From contig NEWQ02000006.1 in the NCBI GenBank assembly GCA_002869855.2, positions 67,045 to 131,044 of the forward strand: DNA of 64,000 bases, in the 5' to 3' direction. This DNA comes from Nitrospira sp. CG24D. GTDB lineage: Bacteria; Nitrospirota; Nitrospiria; Nitrospirales; Nitrospiraceae. How positions within the stretch are numbered: the first letter of the stretch is position 1; the number at the start of each line of letters is the position of its first letter. This document shows, one piece after another, positions 28,390-38,679 of the stretch. The notes beneath the pieces were generated by a model. The model saw nothing but the letters and a program-made list of their open reading frames with translations, searched no databases and was not told the DNA's origin. A program made the position numbers and the translations under genes.

Positions 28390-29466
28390 ATGTCTAGGAT
28401 CATTGCGCACATCGACATGGACGCGTTCTATGCTGCGATCGAAGAGCGGGATACACCGGCGTTTCGAGGACTCCCTCTGGTCGTGGGGGCCGATCCGGCA
28501 CAAGGGCAGGGGCGCGGGGTTGCTTCGACTGCGAATTACAAGGCGCGCGAGTACGGGATTCATTCAGCCACGCCGATTTCCACAGCCTGGCGACTTTCGG
28601 AAGAGGCCCGTCGAAAGGGGCTGCCCCCGGTGACGTTCGTCTCCGTCGATATGCGCAAGTATGCGCGCGTATCCGAATCGGTGATGGCCATCGCTCGACG
28701 CGCTATTCCTGTGCTTGAGCAGGCCAGTATCGATGAAGCCTATGGGGATGTCTCCAGCACCGGATCTTTCGAGGCTGCGGCTGAGTTGTGCAGGTCGATT
28801 AAGGCGGCGATTCTTTCCGAGGAGCGACTGACGGCCTCGGTCGGGATCGGTCCAAACAAGCTGATCGCCAAGATTGCCTCGGGCATGCACAAGCCGGATG
28901 GGTTTACGATAGTCACTGAGGCCGAGGCGGAAACGTTTCTTGCGCCTCTATCCGTACGGGCGATTCCGGGAATCGGGCCGAAGACGGAAGCGATGCTTGC
29001 CGCGCAGCATATTCGTGTTGTTGAAGAACTGAAACATCTGAGCCTGGTTGAGATGGAAGCGCGCTTCGGCAAGCGCGGGCTCGAATGGTATGCCAAGATT
29101 CGCGCACAGGATGACTCGCCGGTGGAGGAGCATTGGGAGCCGAAGTCCATCAGTGAACAGGAGACCTTTGATGAGGATACGCTGGATTCACATGTTCTTG
29201 TTGAACGGCTGTCGCAGTTGAGTGATGGCGTGTTTGCGCGACTGGCGCAGGAGGGATTCGACACCTGCAGGACGGTCGCGATTACCGTGCGGTTCGCGGA
29301 TTTCACCACGGTCTCCAGAGCCCATACCTTTCCTGACCCGGTGCGAGATGGGTCGGCTGTGCGTCGCGAACTGCTCAAGCTGCTGCTCCCGTTTCTCGAT
29401 CGGCGAGAGAACCCGCGACGTCAACGGATCCGGCTCTTAGGCGTGCGGGTGGAAAAGCTGCAGTGA
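28390..29466 (+). CDS. dinB: DNA polymerase IV (Y-family)
   Basis: Motifs HIDMDAFYAAIE, SIDEAY and GIGP. Confidence 0.9.
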   Translation: MSRIIAHIDMDAFYAAIEERDTPAFRGLPLVVGADPAQGQGRGVASTANYKAREYGIHSATPISTAWRLSEEARRKGLPPVTFVSVDMRKYARVSESVMAIARRAIPVLEQASIDEAYGDVSSTGSFEAAAELCRSIKAAILSEERLTASVGIGPNKLIAKIASGMHKPDGFTIVTEAEAETFLAPLSVRAIPGIGPKTEAMLAAQHIRVVEELKHLSLVEMEARFGKRGLEWYAKIRAQDDSPVEEHWEPKSISEQETFDEDTLDSHVLVERLSQLSDGVFARLAQEGFDTCRTVAITVRFADFTTVSRAHTFPDPVRDGSAVRRELLKLLLPFLDRRENPRRQRIRLLGVRVEKLQ

Positions 29467-29515
29467 GTGAGCGATGGGAACGGATCGTGAAGGGATGACG
29501 ATCAGCGGTTCATGG

Positions 29516-31246
29516 TTAAGAAGGTTGTTCGCTGAATTTGATGGTGTAGAAGTAGTGATAGAGGCCTTTGCGCTCAAGAAGCTGCGCGTGCGTTCCTTCT
29601 TCCACGACCCGCCCTTTATCCAAGACGAGGATGCGGTCTGCACGTTGAATGGTGGAGAGTCGATGGGCGACGACGAACGTCGTTCGTCCTGCCATCAGTC
29701 GTTCAAGCGCTTCCTGGACCAGCCGTTCTGACTCGGTGTCGAGCGATGAGGTTGCCTCATCGAGCAGCAGGACACGAGGGTTCTTGAGAATCGCCCGGGC
29801 AATGGCAATACGCTGTCGCTGGCCCCCTGACAGGTTGATTCCCTTTTCTCCCACCACAGTTAAGTATTTGTCGGGAAAGGCAGAAATAAAATCGTGCGCG
29901 TGCGCCGCCTTACTCGCCTCTTGCACCGCCGTCTCGCCCGCCTCGGGGTTCCCGTAGCGAATATTGTCAAGGATCGTTCCTCCGAAGAGGATGGTTTCTT
30001 GCGGGACGAGCGCGACCTGCCTGTACCAACTATCCACCGTGACCTGTTTCAGATCGTGCCCATCCACGGTGATGCGGCCTTCGACGGGGTCGTAGAAACG
30101 ATGGAGCAGATTGATGACGGTGGTTTTGCCGGCTCCCGTTGGTCCGACAAAGGCGACGAGTTCGCCCGGTTGTGCTTCGAACGACAGATGTGACAGCACC
30201 GGGGTGCGCGGGTCATAACTGAAGCTGACTTGCTCGGCCCGCACATGGCCTTTCACTACAGAGAGGGCATGGGCGTTCGGGACGTCTCGGATATCCGCTT
30301 CTGCGTCGAGTATTTCGAACACGCGCTGGGTGGCGCCCTGGGCTTCTTTGATTTGAGCGAAGACGCGGGCCGCCGAACTGAAGGGTCCGATCAGGATTCC
30401 TGCGAAGAGGACGAAGGCGAAGAGATCGCCCGGTGTGACAGTGCCTTCAATTACTTGAGTGCCGCCGTACCACAGCACGGCCGCGGCGGCTGAAAATGTC
30501 AGCAGGCTGATGACGGGAACGAACAGGGCCATGATGCCGGCTCGTTTGAGTGAGAGCGTCAATCCATGTTGGACCTGAGTCAAGAAACGGCCTTCTTCCC
30601 GCTTCGTCTGCACGAACGACTTCACAATGCGTATGCCTGAAATGACCTCTTCAAGGAGGGTACTGAGGGCGGCGGTTTGATCCTGTATCGAGGTCGAGAG
30701 CGATTTCAGCTTGCGTCCAAAAAATTTGGCGACGAGCACCAACAGCGGGAGCAGGAGCAGGATAAGGAGGCAGAGGCGCCAATTCATAGCCAGCAAGAAC
30801 CCGATGCCGCCGATGAACGTCACCAACTGCTTGGCGGTATCGATGGGCGTCTCGGTGACGATGGTCTGAATCACGGTGACATCGTTCATCAGGCGGGACA
30901 GCAATTCCCCTGTTCGCCTCCTGGCGAAAAAGCTGACCGCGAGGTTTTGCAGATGGGCAAAGAGATGGGTGCGGAAATCGGCGACGACTCGCTGGGAAAT
31001 CCAGGTCGTCAGGTAGCTATGCCCCATCGAACAGAGGCCTTGCAGGAGAACCAGGCCGATGAACAGCCCGATCAATTCCGTCATGCGATCACGATCGTGA
31101 TGGACGGTAATAACGTCCCAGAGCGTGCCGGCCAGGCGCAGCAGGGCCAGATTGATGGCGGCGACTCCCATCACGAGGAGTCCAGCCAGGATCATTCGTG
31201 AAAGGTAGGGCCGTACAAATGGAAGAAATCGTCTAAAGGGCGACAT
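29516..31246 (-). CDS. ABC exporter, fused permease/ATPase (MsbA-like), with canonical motifs
   Basis: GPTGAGKTT, LSGGQRQRIAIARA, LLLDEATSSLD and VAHRL are all intact. This contrasts with 11429-13096. Confidence 0.9.
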   Translation of the reverse strand: MSPFRRFLPFVRPYLSRMILAGLLVMGVAAINLALLRLAGTLWDVITVHHDRDRMTELIGLFIGLVLLQGLCSMGHSYLTTWISQRVVADFRTHLFAHLQNLAVSFFARRRTGELLSRLMNDVTVIQTIVTETPIDTAKQLVTFIGGIGFLLAMNWRLCLLILLLLPLLVLVAKFFGRKLKSLSTSIQDQTAALSTLLEEVISGIRIVKSFVQTKREEGRFLTQVQHGLTLSLKRAGIMALFVPVISLLTFSAAAAVLWYGGTQVIEGTVTPGDLFAFVLFAGILIGPFSSAARVFAQIKEAQGATQRVFEILDAEADIRDVPNAHALSVVKGHVRAEQVSFSYDPRTPVLSHLSFEAQPGELVAFVGPTGAGKTTVINLLHRFYDPVEGRITVDGHDLKQVTVDSWYRQVALVPQETILFGGTILDNIRYGNPEAGETAVQEASKAAHAHDFISAFPDKYLTVVGEKGINLSGGQRQRIAIARAILKNPRVLLLDEATSSLDTESERLVQEALERLMAGRTTFVVAHRLSTIQRADRILVLDKGRVVEEGTHAQLLERKGLYHYFYTIKFSEQPS

Positions 31247-31353
31247 GCATCTGGAAATTTCGGTGTAAGGGCGTCATCCCAGCCCCGTGGGTTGCCACGT
31301 AATGGGTGTACGGGTCGATGGGATGCAACGGGGGATGGCTGAAGGGCAAGCCG

Positions 31354-31572
31354 CTAGAGCTGTGCGATGGACTCGATCAGGTTCTTATTGAGGGCCACAT
31401 AGTCAGAACGATCTGTATCGTTAATCACTACGTCCGTCAGGCTGATAAAGAGTCGCACTTCCTCGTTGATCGCGTCCGAGACGCGATGGCGCATTGGCGG
31501 AACGAGAAAGTCCCCCACGTAGGTACAATTCACCGTACGGACGCGGATGCGAACCTTCTTGCCTTCCGGCAC
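31354..31572 (-). CDS. Small hypothetical protein (72 aa)
   Basis: GTG start lies 5 nt after GGGAGGAGG, immediately downstream of the bS22-like micro-ORF. Confidence 0.6.
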   Translation of the reverse strand: MPEGKKVRIRVRTVNCTYVGDFLVPPMRHRVSDAINEEVRLFISLTDVVINDTDRSDYVALNKNLIESIAQL

Positions 31573-31602
31573 AATGTCCTCCTCCCGGTGAACGGGGTGA
31601 GC

Positions 31603-31698
31603 TTAGCTCTTACGACGTAAGAATTTTTGGCGTCTGCGCAACTTCTTGTACTTGTGCTTGCGCATTTTTTTCCGACGCTTTTTTAACACGCTCGACAT
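31603..31698 (-). CDS. 31-aa highly basic micro-protein resembling ribosomal protein bS22 (AURKAIP1/COX24-type)
   Basis: ATG at 31698 lies 9 nt after GGAG. The product is MSSVLKKRRKKMRKHKYKKLRRRQKFLRRKS, with stop TAA at 31603-31605. It is too short for the ORF track. Confidence 0.6.
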   Translation of the reverse strand: MSSVLKKRRKKMRKHKYKKLRRRQKFLRRKS

Positions 31699-31859
31699 GC
31701 AATCAATCTCCAAAGACGGGGGAGTCTAGAGACTTTTTGGTCAAAAAGCAAGCCAGTCGGTGACTGGCCTTGAATGATTGTGGTGAGCTTCTTTCCCGTC
31801 GGTTCGACAGCGGCGCCGCGCCTTGACCGATCCCTGGGACGTTCCTATACTGCAAGCCT

Positions 31860-32387
31860 ATGGATACGAATCATCTCGCATCTCAGTTTCATCTGCACGT
31901 GCTCCGTTGGTGCGGAGTGGCGGTAGTACTTACAGTAGTGGCCTGCTCATCGAAGACGCTCCAGTACCCTGAGGATCATGAGCGGTTTACCCATATCGAT
32001 CGGGCGGTGGAAGCATTACGGGAGGCGTATCAGCATCGAGACCGTTCTGCTTTTCAGGACGTGATGTTGCCTGCGGAGTCATTGGAGCAAATCCAAGCAG
32101 AGGCCGCGCAGGACTTCGAATTGTTTCAATCCATACAGCTGGACTTCAAAACCGAGCGCATCATGATCGACGGAGAGAATATTGACGTGTACGTGCATTG
32201 GCAGGGGGTGTGGAAGAAAAATCCTGACGATGCCGGTATTCGTCAACGTGGACATGCCCGCTTGCAGTGGGTGGGCCAACAATCGATTCTTCTCCGTGGT
32301 GTGCAGGGTGATTTGCCGTTTGGGATGAAAGTGCGCCAGGCGTTGTCCGACCTTCCCGCGGTGCCGCAGAAACCGCTTCCCCAATGA
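31860..32387 (+). CDS. Hypothetical lipoprotein
   Basis: 175 aa with a lipobox-like LTVVACSS after a hydrophobic segment. Confidence 0.55.
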   Translation: MDTNHLASQFHLHVLRWCGVAVVLTVVACSSKTLQYPEDHERFTHIDRAVEALREAYQHRDRSAFQDVMLPAESLEQIQAEAAQDFELFQSIQLDFKTERIMIDGENIDVYVHWQGVWKKNPDDAGIRQRGHARLQWVGQQSILLRGVQGDLPFGMKVRQALSDLPAVPQKPLPQ

Positions 32388-34072
32388 AACCGTCAGCAGT
32401 GCAGTCGCGGAAAACGTCCTCTATCCCTCAAGCCGACTTTCTGGTCATCGGGAGCGGCGTGGCCGGGTTACGCGCGGCACTGGAGTTGAGCCGTGAAGGC
32501 CGTGTCATCATGCTGACGAAGGGGCATCCACTGCAGAGTAATTCGATCTATGCGCAAGGGGGCGTGGCGGTGGCCCTCAGTGAAGAGGACGATGTCGCGA
32601 TTCACCGGACCGATACGTTGAGGGCCGGCCACGGGCTGTGTCGTCCCGATGCGGTTCGGGTGCTGGTGGAGGAAGGGCCTGCGCGGATTCAGGAATTGAT
32701 CCGGTGGGGCGCCAAATTCGACAAGACAGATGGAAAGTTTGCCTTTGCCCGAGAAGCGGCGCATAGCCGGAGCCGCATTTTGCGCGCACGCGGCGATGCC
32801 ACGGGCAATGAAATGGTGCGTGCATTGATGGCCCAGGTCGCGCGGCAGAAGCGCATTCAACGGCTCGACTATCACTTCACGGTTGACCTGGTGGTGGAAG
32901 ATGGACGTTGTTGCGGGGCGGTCGTGCTTGATGAATCATCGTCGAAGCAGTTCATTATTCCTGCAAAAGCAGTCGTGTTATCCACGGGCGGCGCCGGGCA
33001 GATTTACGCCCGGACGACGAACCCTCCCAATGCTACCGGCGATGGCATGGCAATGGCGTTTCGAGCGGGAGCCATGCTGCAGGATATGGAGTTCGTCCAG
33101 TTTCATCCGACCTCGCTCTATCTCCCTTCCAGTCCGCCGTTCCTCCTGTCAGAAGCTATGCGCGGCGAAGGCGGGCAGTTGCGCAATAATAAGGGCGAGT
33201 TGTTCATGCAGCGATACCATCCGCTCGGGGCCCTTGCCCCACGGGATATCGTATCGCGGGCGATCTGGGCTGAGATGGCGGCGACGCGAGCCCGGCATGT
33301 GTATCTCGACGTCACGCATCTGGGGGCCGAGTTCATCAAGCGTCGATTCCCAACAATCTATGCGACCTGCCTGCGGTCCGATATAGACATCACTGAAGAG
33401 TGGATTCCTGTCTCGCCTAGCGCCCACTACATGATGGGCGGGGTGTGGACCGACGTGAATGGGGCCACCACGCTGCCGGGATTATTTGCGGCCGGCGAGG
33501 TGGCTTGTAGCGGCGTTCATGGGGCCAATCGTCTGGCGAGCAATTCGCTATTAGAAGGACTAGTTTTTGGTATGCGGGCTGGCGTCGCTGCGATCGCGTT
33601 TGCTCAGGGGTACGACTTCCCTGAGCTGTCTCCCCACGTAGAGACCCATCAGTCCGTAGGAGAGGCTACGTTCGAAGATGTGGAGAAGCTCAGGAGTTCG
33701 CTCCGCCGGACGATGTGGGGACAGGTCGGGGTCATCCGGTCGCGTGAGTCCCTCATTCGAGCAACGGCTCAATTATCCCGCTGGGCACAGCTTGTTGCCA
33801 GGTTCTCTACAACCAGGGCAGAACTTGAAGTGAAAAACATGGTGCAGGTCGCGCATTGTGTTGCGGAAGCCGCATTATGGCGGGAGAACAGCGTCGGGGC
33901 GCATTTTCGCTCAGATTGCCCCGAGGCTAAGAGGCCAGGCTGGAAGCAACACAGTCAGTTGCGGATCGCTGTTGACACTACTGAGTCGAGGCCGGCAAAG
34001 AAGCGGGGAGTGGTTGTGGCGCTGCAGATTCGGCAGCGGCGATCATGTGCCCGGTCATCGCGCCGTCCTTAA
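32384..34072 (+). CDS. nadB: L-aspartate oxidase
   Basis: FAD motif VIGSGVAGL, plus HYMMGG and GANRLASNSL. The C-terminal 40 or so residues overlap the convergent gene and may be read-through. Confidence 0.9.
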   Translation: MKPSAVQSRKTSSIPQADFLVIGSGVAGLRAALELSREGRVIMLTKGHPLQSNSIYAQGGVAVALSEEDDVAIHRTDTLRAGHGLCRPDAVRVLVEEGPARIQELIRWGAKFDKTDGKFAFAREAAHSRSRILRARGDATGNEMVRALMAQVARQKRIQRLDYHFTVDLVVEDGRCCGAVVLDESSSKQFIIPAKAVVLSTGGAGQIYARTTNPPNATGDGMAMAFRAGAMLQDMEFVQFHPTSLYLPSSPPFLLSEAMRGEGGQLRNNKGELFMQRYHPLGALAPRDIVSRAIWAEMAATRARHVYLDVTHLGAEFIKRRFPTIYATCLRSDIDITEEWIPVSPSAHYMMGGVWTDVNGATTLPGLFAAGEVACSGVHGANRLASNSLLEGLVFGMRAGVAAIAFAQGYDFPELSPHVETHQSVGEATFEDVEKLRSSLRRTMWGQVGVIRSRESLIRATAQLSRWAQLVARFSTTRAELEVKNMVQVAHCVAEAALWRENSVGAHFRSDCPEAKRPGWKQHSQLRIAVDTTESRPAKKRGVVVALQIRQRRSCARSSRRP

Positions 34073-34694
34073 TCAGAAACGTCCGGTAATAGCGAATGAC
34101 TTTCCGGACGTATTGGCGGGTTTCGTCGATCGGTGGGAGCCCGCGATAGCGATCTACGGCATGTTCCCCGGCATTGTAGGCTGCAAGGGCTAACGGAAGG
34201 TTTCCCCGGAATCGATCCAGCAGTTGGCGAAGGTATTTCGTTCCCCCCCCGATATTATCTTCAGGATCATAGAGGTCCCGTACTTCGAGGCGAACGGCTG
34301 TTTGTGGCATCAGCTGCATGAGTCCAATGGCGCCGGCTCGCGATACGGCCATCGGGTCGAAGCCGGATTCCGCTTTAATCACAGCACGGATAAGGGCGGG
34401 ATGTAATTGGTGTTGTCGGGAATACCGGCTGATCATCGGTTCCAGTTCCCGCTCTGACAGAACGGGATGGAGTCTGTTGGGCTGTTGTGGGGTGATTCGC
34501 CGGTAGCGTAGGTCGGTTGGGACATTGGTCAGCGAGATGGTCCCGTTGGCATCAATGTATTGGTAGATCTCAGCGTGCGCTGCGGAAGGTCCTGGCAGAA
34601 GCCAGTGAGTTCCCACGAGAGCTGTTCCGATAAGTAGTTGAGAGATTTTCAATTGATCGTTCCTTTGCACTCTTGTTGTGTTTGGCATGGTCAA
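33978..34694 (-). CDS. Lytic transglycosylase (SLT domain) with a DUF4124-like N-terminus
   Basis: Motifs AESGFDPMAVSRAGAIGLMQLMP and AYNAG. Confidence 0.85.
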   Translation of the reverse strand: MTMPNTTRVQRNDQLKISQLLIGTALVGTHWLLPGPSAAHAEIYQYIDANGTISLTNVPTDLRYRRITPQQPNRLHPVLSERELEPMISRYSRQHQLHPALIRAVIKAESGFDPMAVSRAGAIGLMQLMPQTAVRLEVRDLYDPEDNIGGGTKYLRQLLDRFRGNLPLALAAYNAGEHAVDRYRGLPPIDETRQYVRKVIRYYRTFLIKDGAMTGHMIAAAESAAPQPLPASLPASTQ

Positions 34695-34793
34695 ACGATA
34701 GCAGCCTGCCTCTGAGTGTCAAGGAATTGCACGTCTCATGCCCCTTTCTGTTCTGGTGGCGCATGAATAAAAGCAATGACTTGGATGTAAGCG

Positions 34794-35675
34794 TCAGTCG
34801 AGAGGTTCTAGAAAGCGACTTCGATTGTCGACAAAATGACGGTGCAATTGACGGGTCATGGGGCCTGGTGTGCCCTGCCCAATGGGTTGCTGGTTGACTG
34901 ATACGACCGGCATGACTTCCATGCTGGTATTCGTCAGGAAGCATTCGTCGGCATGCAGCAGTTCTTCCGGAGTGAATCGCCCTTCGTGCAAGGGGATCTT
35001 CAGCTCTCCCGCCATCTGCAACAGGATCGCTCTGGTGATGCCGTCAAGGAGACCGCAGTCTACAGAGGGGGTATACAGCCGGCTGTGCGCGGCGAAGAAC
35101 ACATTGCTCACGGTACATTCGGTGAGGTGTCCTTCCCAATTCAGCAAGAGGGCATCGAAGACGTGCGCGGCAATCGCTTCTCGTTTCGCCAGAATATTGT
35201 TCAAAAAGTTTGTGGCCTTGATTTGCGGAGAGAGCGCGCTGGGCAGATTGCGTCTCGTGCGGGCAACGATGAGTGACACGCCGCGCTGGTATAATTCGGC
35301 AGCGGGCGGATGGAGCGGTTTGGCCATGATGACCACGGTGGGCGTCGGGCAGAGGGCCGGATCGAGGCCGATCTCTCCCGCTCCGCGGGACACGGTAATT
35401 CGGAGATAGGCGTCGGTCTGATTATCCCCTAGTTGATTGCGGTCCATCGCTTCATGCAAGAGGCGCGGCCACTCGTTCAGCGGGATAGGGACGGTCAGGC
35501 CGATAGCGTCGGCAGAACGTTGCAAGCGCGACAGATGATGATCGCGCATGAAAATCCGGTTCCCGTATGAGCGGATCGTTTCATAGACGCCGTCCCCATA
35601 GAGAAAGCCATGATCGAACACGGAAATCTTCGCATCCTGTTCTGGGACGAATCGATCGTTGAGGAAAACCCACAT
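34794..35675 (-). CDS. pabC: Class IV aminotransferase / aminodeoxychorismate lyase
   Basis: Fold-type IV signature (FLYGDGVYET). It lies directly downstream of pabB. Confidence 0.75.
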   Translation of the reverse strand: MWVFLNDRFVPEQDAKISVFDHGFLYGDGVYETIRSYGNRIFMRDHHLSRLQRSADAIGLTVPIPLNEWPRLLHEAMDRNQLGDNQTDAYLRITVSRGAGEIGLDPALCPTPTVVIMAKPLHPPAAELYQRGVSLIVARTRRNLPSALSPQIKATNFLNNILAKREAIAAHVFDALLLNWEGHLTECTVSNVFFAAHSRLYTPSVDCGLLDGITRAILLQMAGELKIPLHEGRFTPEELLHADECFLTNTSMEVMPVVSVNQQPIGQGTPGPMTRQLHRHFVDNRSRFLEPLD

Positions 35676-35683
35676 AGTGCCTG

Positions 35684-37198
35684 CTATGACAAGGCGCTCA
35701 GGAATGCCTGAGCCTTGTGCATCGTCTCCTCATATTCTTTGACGGGATCCGAGTCTGCCACAATCCCGGCCCCGACTTGAAGATAGGCCTGTTTCTTATG
35801 GAGCACCAGCGTGCGAATGACAATGTTAAAGTCGAGATCTCCGCTCCAGCTCAGATATCCCATCGATCCGGTATAGGGACCTCGCCGCACCGGTTCCAGC
35901 TCGTCGATGATTTCCATGCAGCGAATCTTGGGCACCCCGGTAATGGTGCCGCCGGGGAAGACGGCCCGCAATAAATCGAGTCCGGTCACCTCAGCCCGCA
36001 GTTGCCCGGAGACATGCGATACCAGATGGCTGACGTGGGAATATTCCTCGATTGACATGAATTCCTCTACGTGGACGGAGCCGAATTCGCACACGCGTCC
36101 CAGATCATTTCGTTCCAGGTCGACGAGCATCAGGTGTTCGGCGCGTTCCTTCTCGTTGCCGAGGAGTTCTTCCTGCAAACGACGATCATCGGAATCGTTC
36201 TGGCCTCGGCGCCGGGTTCCTGCGATCGGCCGAGTATCGGCTGATCGGCCGTTCAGCCGAACTAAACGTTCCGGCGATGTGCTGATGAAGCTGGTGTCTC
36301 CGATGCGCAAGAGGCCGGAAAACGGAGACGGGTTTATGCTACGCAAGCGTGCGTAGGTCTGGAGTTCCGTCGCGAGTCCCGCCTGTTTGGTGAAATTGTC
36401 GCTCGTGACCGAAAAGCGATGGGAGAGATTGGCCTGATACAGATCGCCCGCGGCGATATATTCCTGGCAGCGCCGGACCCGGTCCATATAGGAGTCCCGG
36501 GATTGCTGTGGTCGAAAGCTGACAGGGTCTAATGAATTGGCCGACTGCGGTTGGGGTAGGGGCGTGGACAATTGTGCCTCTAAAGCCGCGAGTCTGTCGC
36601 AACCCTCCCGATAGAGTTTCTCTCGAGGCTCCCCGAGGAATCGTTCGAGCGGGGGGCAAAACATCAAATGCCATTCGTCCGAGGAGTGATCGAACGCCGT
36701 GACAAGATCGTAAAAGGCGAACTCCAAGTCAGGGAAATGCAGATCGTCGTTGGCGTGGTTCGGCAATGATTCGAATTGACGCACCAGGTCGTAGCTCAGA
36801 TAACCCACGGCTCCTCCGAAAAACGGCGGGGCTCCGGGGGGGCGGGCAATAGTGGATTGTTGCATCAGACGCGCAAGCGTTGAGAACGGTGCTTGCCCGG
36901 TTTGTGTGTATCCATCTGTCGAACGGAGAGCCCAGTCGTGACGCGTTCCCGAAAGGATTTGGTAGGGATCGGTCGCGAAGAAGGAATAGCGTCCGGTCGT
37001 CGCTGGCCCTTTGCCGCTTTCAAACAGAAATGAGGGGCGCTGGTCTGAGGCGACGCGGGCATACAGCTCAAACGGGCTAAGCCGCCAGCCTCGTCGGCTG
37101 ATGCGCAAGGGCTGCGGAGCCCCGTGAAGAAAGGCTGTGGGGAATGGTCGTGCCGTGGTCATGAATTCAGAAAGTCCGAGCGGTTTCAGTGGAGTCAT
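35684..37198 (-). CDS. pabB: Aminodeoxychorismate (or anthranilate) synthase component I
   Basis: Chorismate-binding motifs FPGGTITGVPK and GIVADS. Confidence 0.85.
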   Translation of the reverse strand: MTPLKPLGLSEFMTTARPFPTAFLHGAPQPLRISRRGWRLSPFELYARVASDQRPSFLFESGKGPATTGRYSFFATDPYQILSGTRHDWALRSTDGYTQTGQAPFSTLARLMQQSTIARPPGAPPFFGGAVGYLSYDLVRQFESLPNHANDDLHFPDLEFAFYDLVTAFDHSSDEWHLMFCPPLERFLGEPREKLYREGCDRLAALEAQLSTPLPQPQSANSLDPVSFRPQQSRDSYMDRVRRCQEYIAAGDLYQANLSHRFSVTSDNFTKQAGLATELQTYARLRSINPSPFSGLLRIGDTSFISTSPERLVRLNGRSADTRPIAGTRRRGQNDSDDRRLQEELLGNEKERAEHLMLVDLERNDLGRVCEFGSVHVEEFMSIEEYSHVSHLVSHVSGQLRAEVTGLDLLRAVFPGGTITGVPKIRCMEIIDELEPVRRGPYTGSMGYLSWSGDLDFNIVIRTLVLHKKQAYLQVGAGIVADSDPVKEYEETMHKAQAFLSALS

Positions 37199-37327
37199 AC
37201 TATACCGCAGCGCTTCGGGGAGAGACAGAGGCTCTAACGGCTTGACATTTCAATGAGGATTCTGCTTGAATTGCGCGCTCGCAATCGGTTGTGCGCCTCA
37301 TTCAGATTCTTGTCTGAGCACTGACCG

Positions 37328-37585
37328 GTGAGTAACAGAATGTCCCCTTCTCAAGATCCGTTTTATGCGGGGCTCGGCCAGGCGATTCGGATCGGAACCG
37401 ACCTGCTAGCTTCGTTGATAGTTGGGGGCGGGGTGGGTTGGGCGTTGGATACCTACCTCCTCGATTCGACTCCTTGGGGAATGGTAGTGGGGTTAGTGCT
37501 AGGAGTGATTGTCGGCATACGGAACGCATACCGGTCGGCCAGGCGGTGGCCCTTGTCACCGCCTGATACAGAAAGCAAGGAATAG
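37328..37585 (+). CDS. AtpZ/AtpI-family small membrane protein
   Basis: 85 aa with two TM helices and a GTG start, located directly before atpB. Confidence 0.6.
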   Translation: MSNRMSPSQDPFYAGLGQAIRIGTDLLASLIVGGGVGWALDTYLLDSTPWGMVVGLVLGVIVGIRNAYRSARRWPLSPPDTESKE

Positions 37586-37587
37586 CT

Positions 37588-38337
37588 GTGGAAGAAAGTC
37601 CGCTTCATCCGTTTGAACTGCATAACTACATCCCGCTCTCTCTTGGTGGAATCGATATTTCCATCAATAAGGCTGTCATCATCATGTGGGTGGTAGTGGC
37701 ACTGGTCGCGTTCTTGATGCTGAAAGCAGGGTCGGCCCGCCAGCTGGTGCCGGGCAAATTGCAGAGTCTGGCGGAGATACTGGTGGATTTCATCCGAGGC
37801 ATCATCCTCGACACGATGGGAAAAGACGGGATGCGGTTTTTCCCGCTCATCGCCACGTTGTTTCTCTTCATTCTTTTCTGTAATCTGATCGGGCTGATTC
37901 CCGGTTCCTATACGGTTACGAGTCAGATCGTCGTGACGGCCGTGTTTGCTTGTGTGGTCTACGGGCTCAGCCTCGTCATGGGATTCCTGCTGCATGGGGC
38001 CAAGTTTTTGGGGATTCTCGTACCGCCGGGAACTCCGGGATGGCTCTTGCCCCTGATGATCCCTATTGAATTGATCAGCCAATTAGCCCGACCGATTTCG
38101 CTGGCAGTTCGGTTGTTTGCCAACATGACGGCCGGACACGTCATTCTCGGGGTGCTCTTCGGTCTGGCGATCAGCGGCGGGCTGCTCATCGGCTGGTTGC
38201 CGTTTGCCTTTACGATCGCGATGAACGGGTTGGAAGTCGGCATTGCGTTTATTCAAGCCTATATTTTTACCGTGTTGACGTGCGTCTATTTGGGAGACGC
38301 ATTCCATCTGCACGGCCATGATGACCACGCGCATTGA
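37588..38337 (+). CDS. atpB: F0F1 ATP synthase subunit a
   Basis: Motif RPISLAVRLFANMTAGH (the essential Arg). Confidence 0.9.
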   Translation: MEESPLHPFELHNYIPLSLGGIDISINKAVIIMWVVVALVAFLMLKAGSARQLVPGKLQSLAEILVDFIRGIILDTMGKDGMRFFPLIATLFLFILFCNLIGLIPGSYTVTSQIVVTAVFACVVYGLSLVMGFLLHGAKFLGILVPPGTPGWLLPLMIPIELISQLARPISLAVRLFANMTAGHVILGVLFGLAISGGLLIGWLPFAFTIAMNGLEVGIAFIQAYIFTVLTCVYLGDAFHLHGHDDHAH

Positions 38338-38374
38338 TCGCGTGTCAGCCAAGACAAGGGAGGAGTAGGACACA

Positions 38375-38605
38375 ATGGATTCAGCAGCAGCAGCATTGTT
38401 GGGTATGGGATTGGCGGCGGCGGGTTTTGCCGGTGCCGGTGTTGGAATCGGGTACATTTTCGGCAAGATGATTGAAGCCGTGGCCCGCCAGCCTGAAGCC
38501 GAAGCCCGCGTCGGCAAGTACATGTGGATCGGGTTCGCGCTCGTGGAAGCCATTGCGCTGTACGGGCTCGTTATTGCGTTCATCATTATGGGTCTTCGCA
38601 AGTAA
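38375..38605 (+). CDS. atpE: F0F1 ATP synthase subunit c
   Basis: A 76-aa hairpin with FALVEAIALYGLVIAF (the carboxylate Glu). Confidence 0.9.
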   Translation: MDSAAAALLGMGLAAAGFAGAGVGIGYIFGKMIEAVARQPEAEARVGKYMWIGFALVEAIALYGLVIAFIIMGLRK

Positions 38606-38679
38606 GGACGAGGATAGGCCGGGCCTGCGGTGTGGCACCTTGGCGCTCAGCCTCAACCTCAACTTGTTGGGAGTGAACA

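Noticed and set aside
33978-34072. The 95-nt convergent overlap of the nadB 3' end with the lytic transglycosylase 3' end.
   Set aside because: It is most simply explained by a non-conserved read-through tail on nadB. The catalytic core ends well before the overlap. There is no evidence of functional significance.
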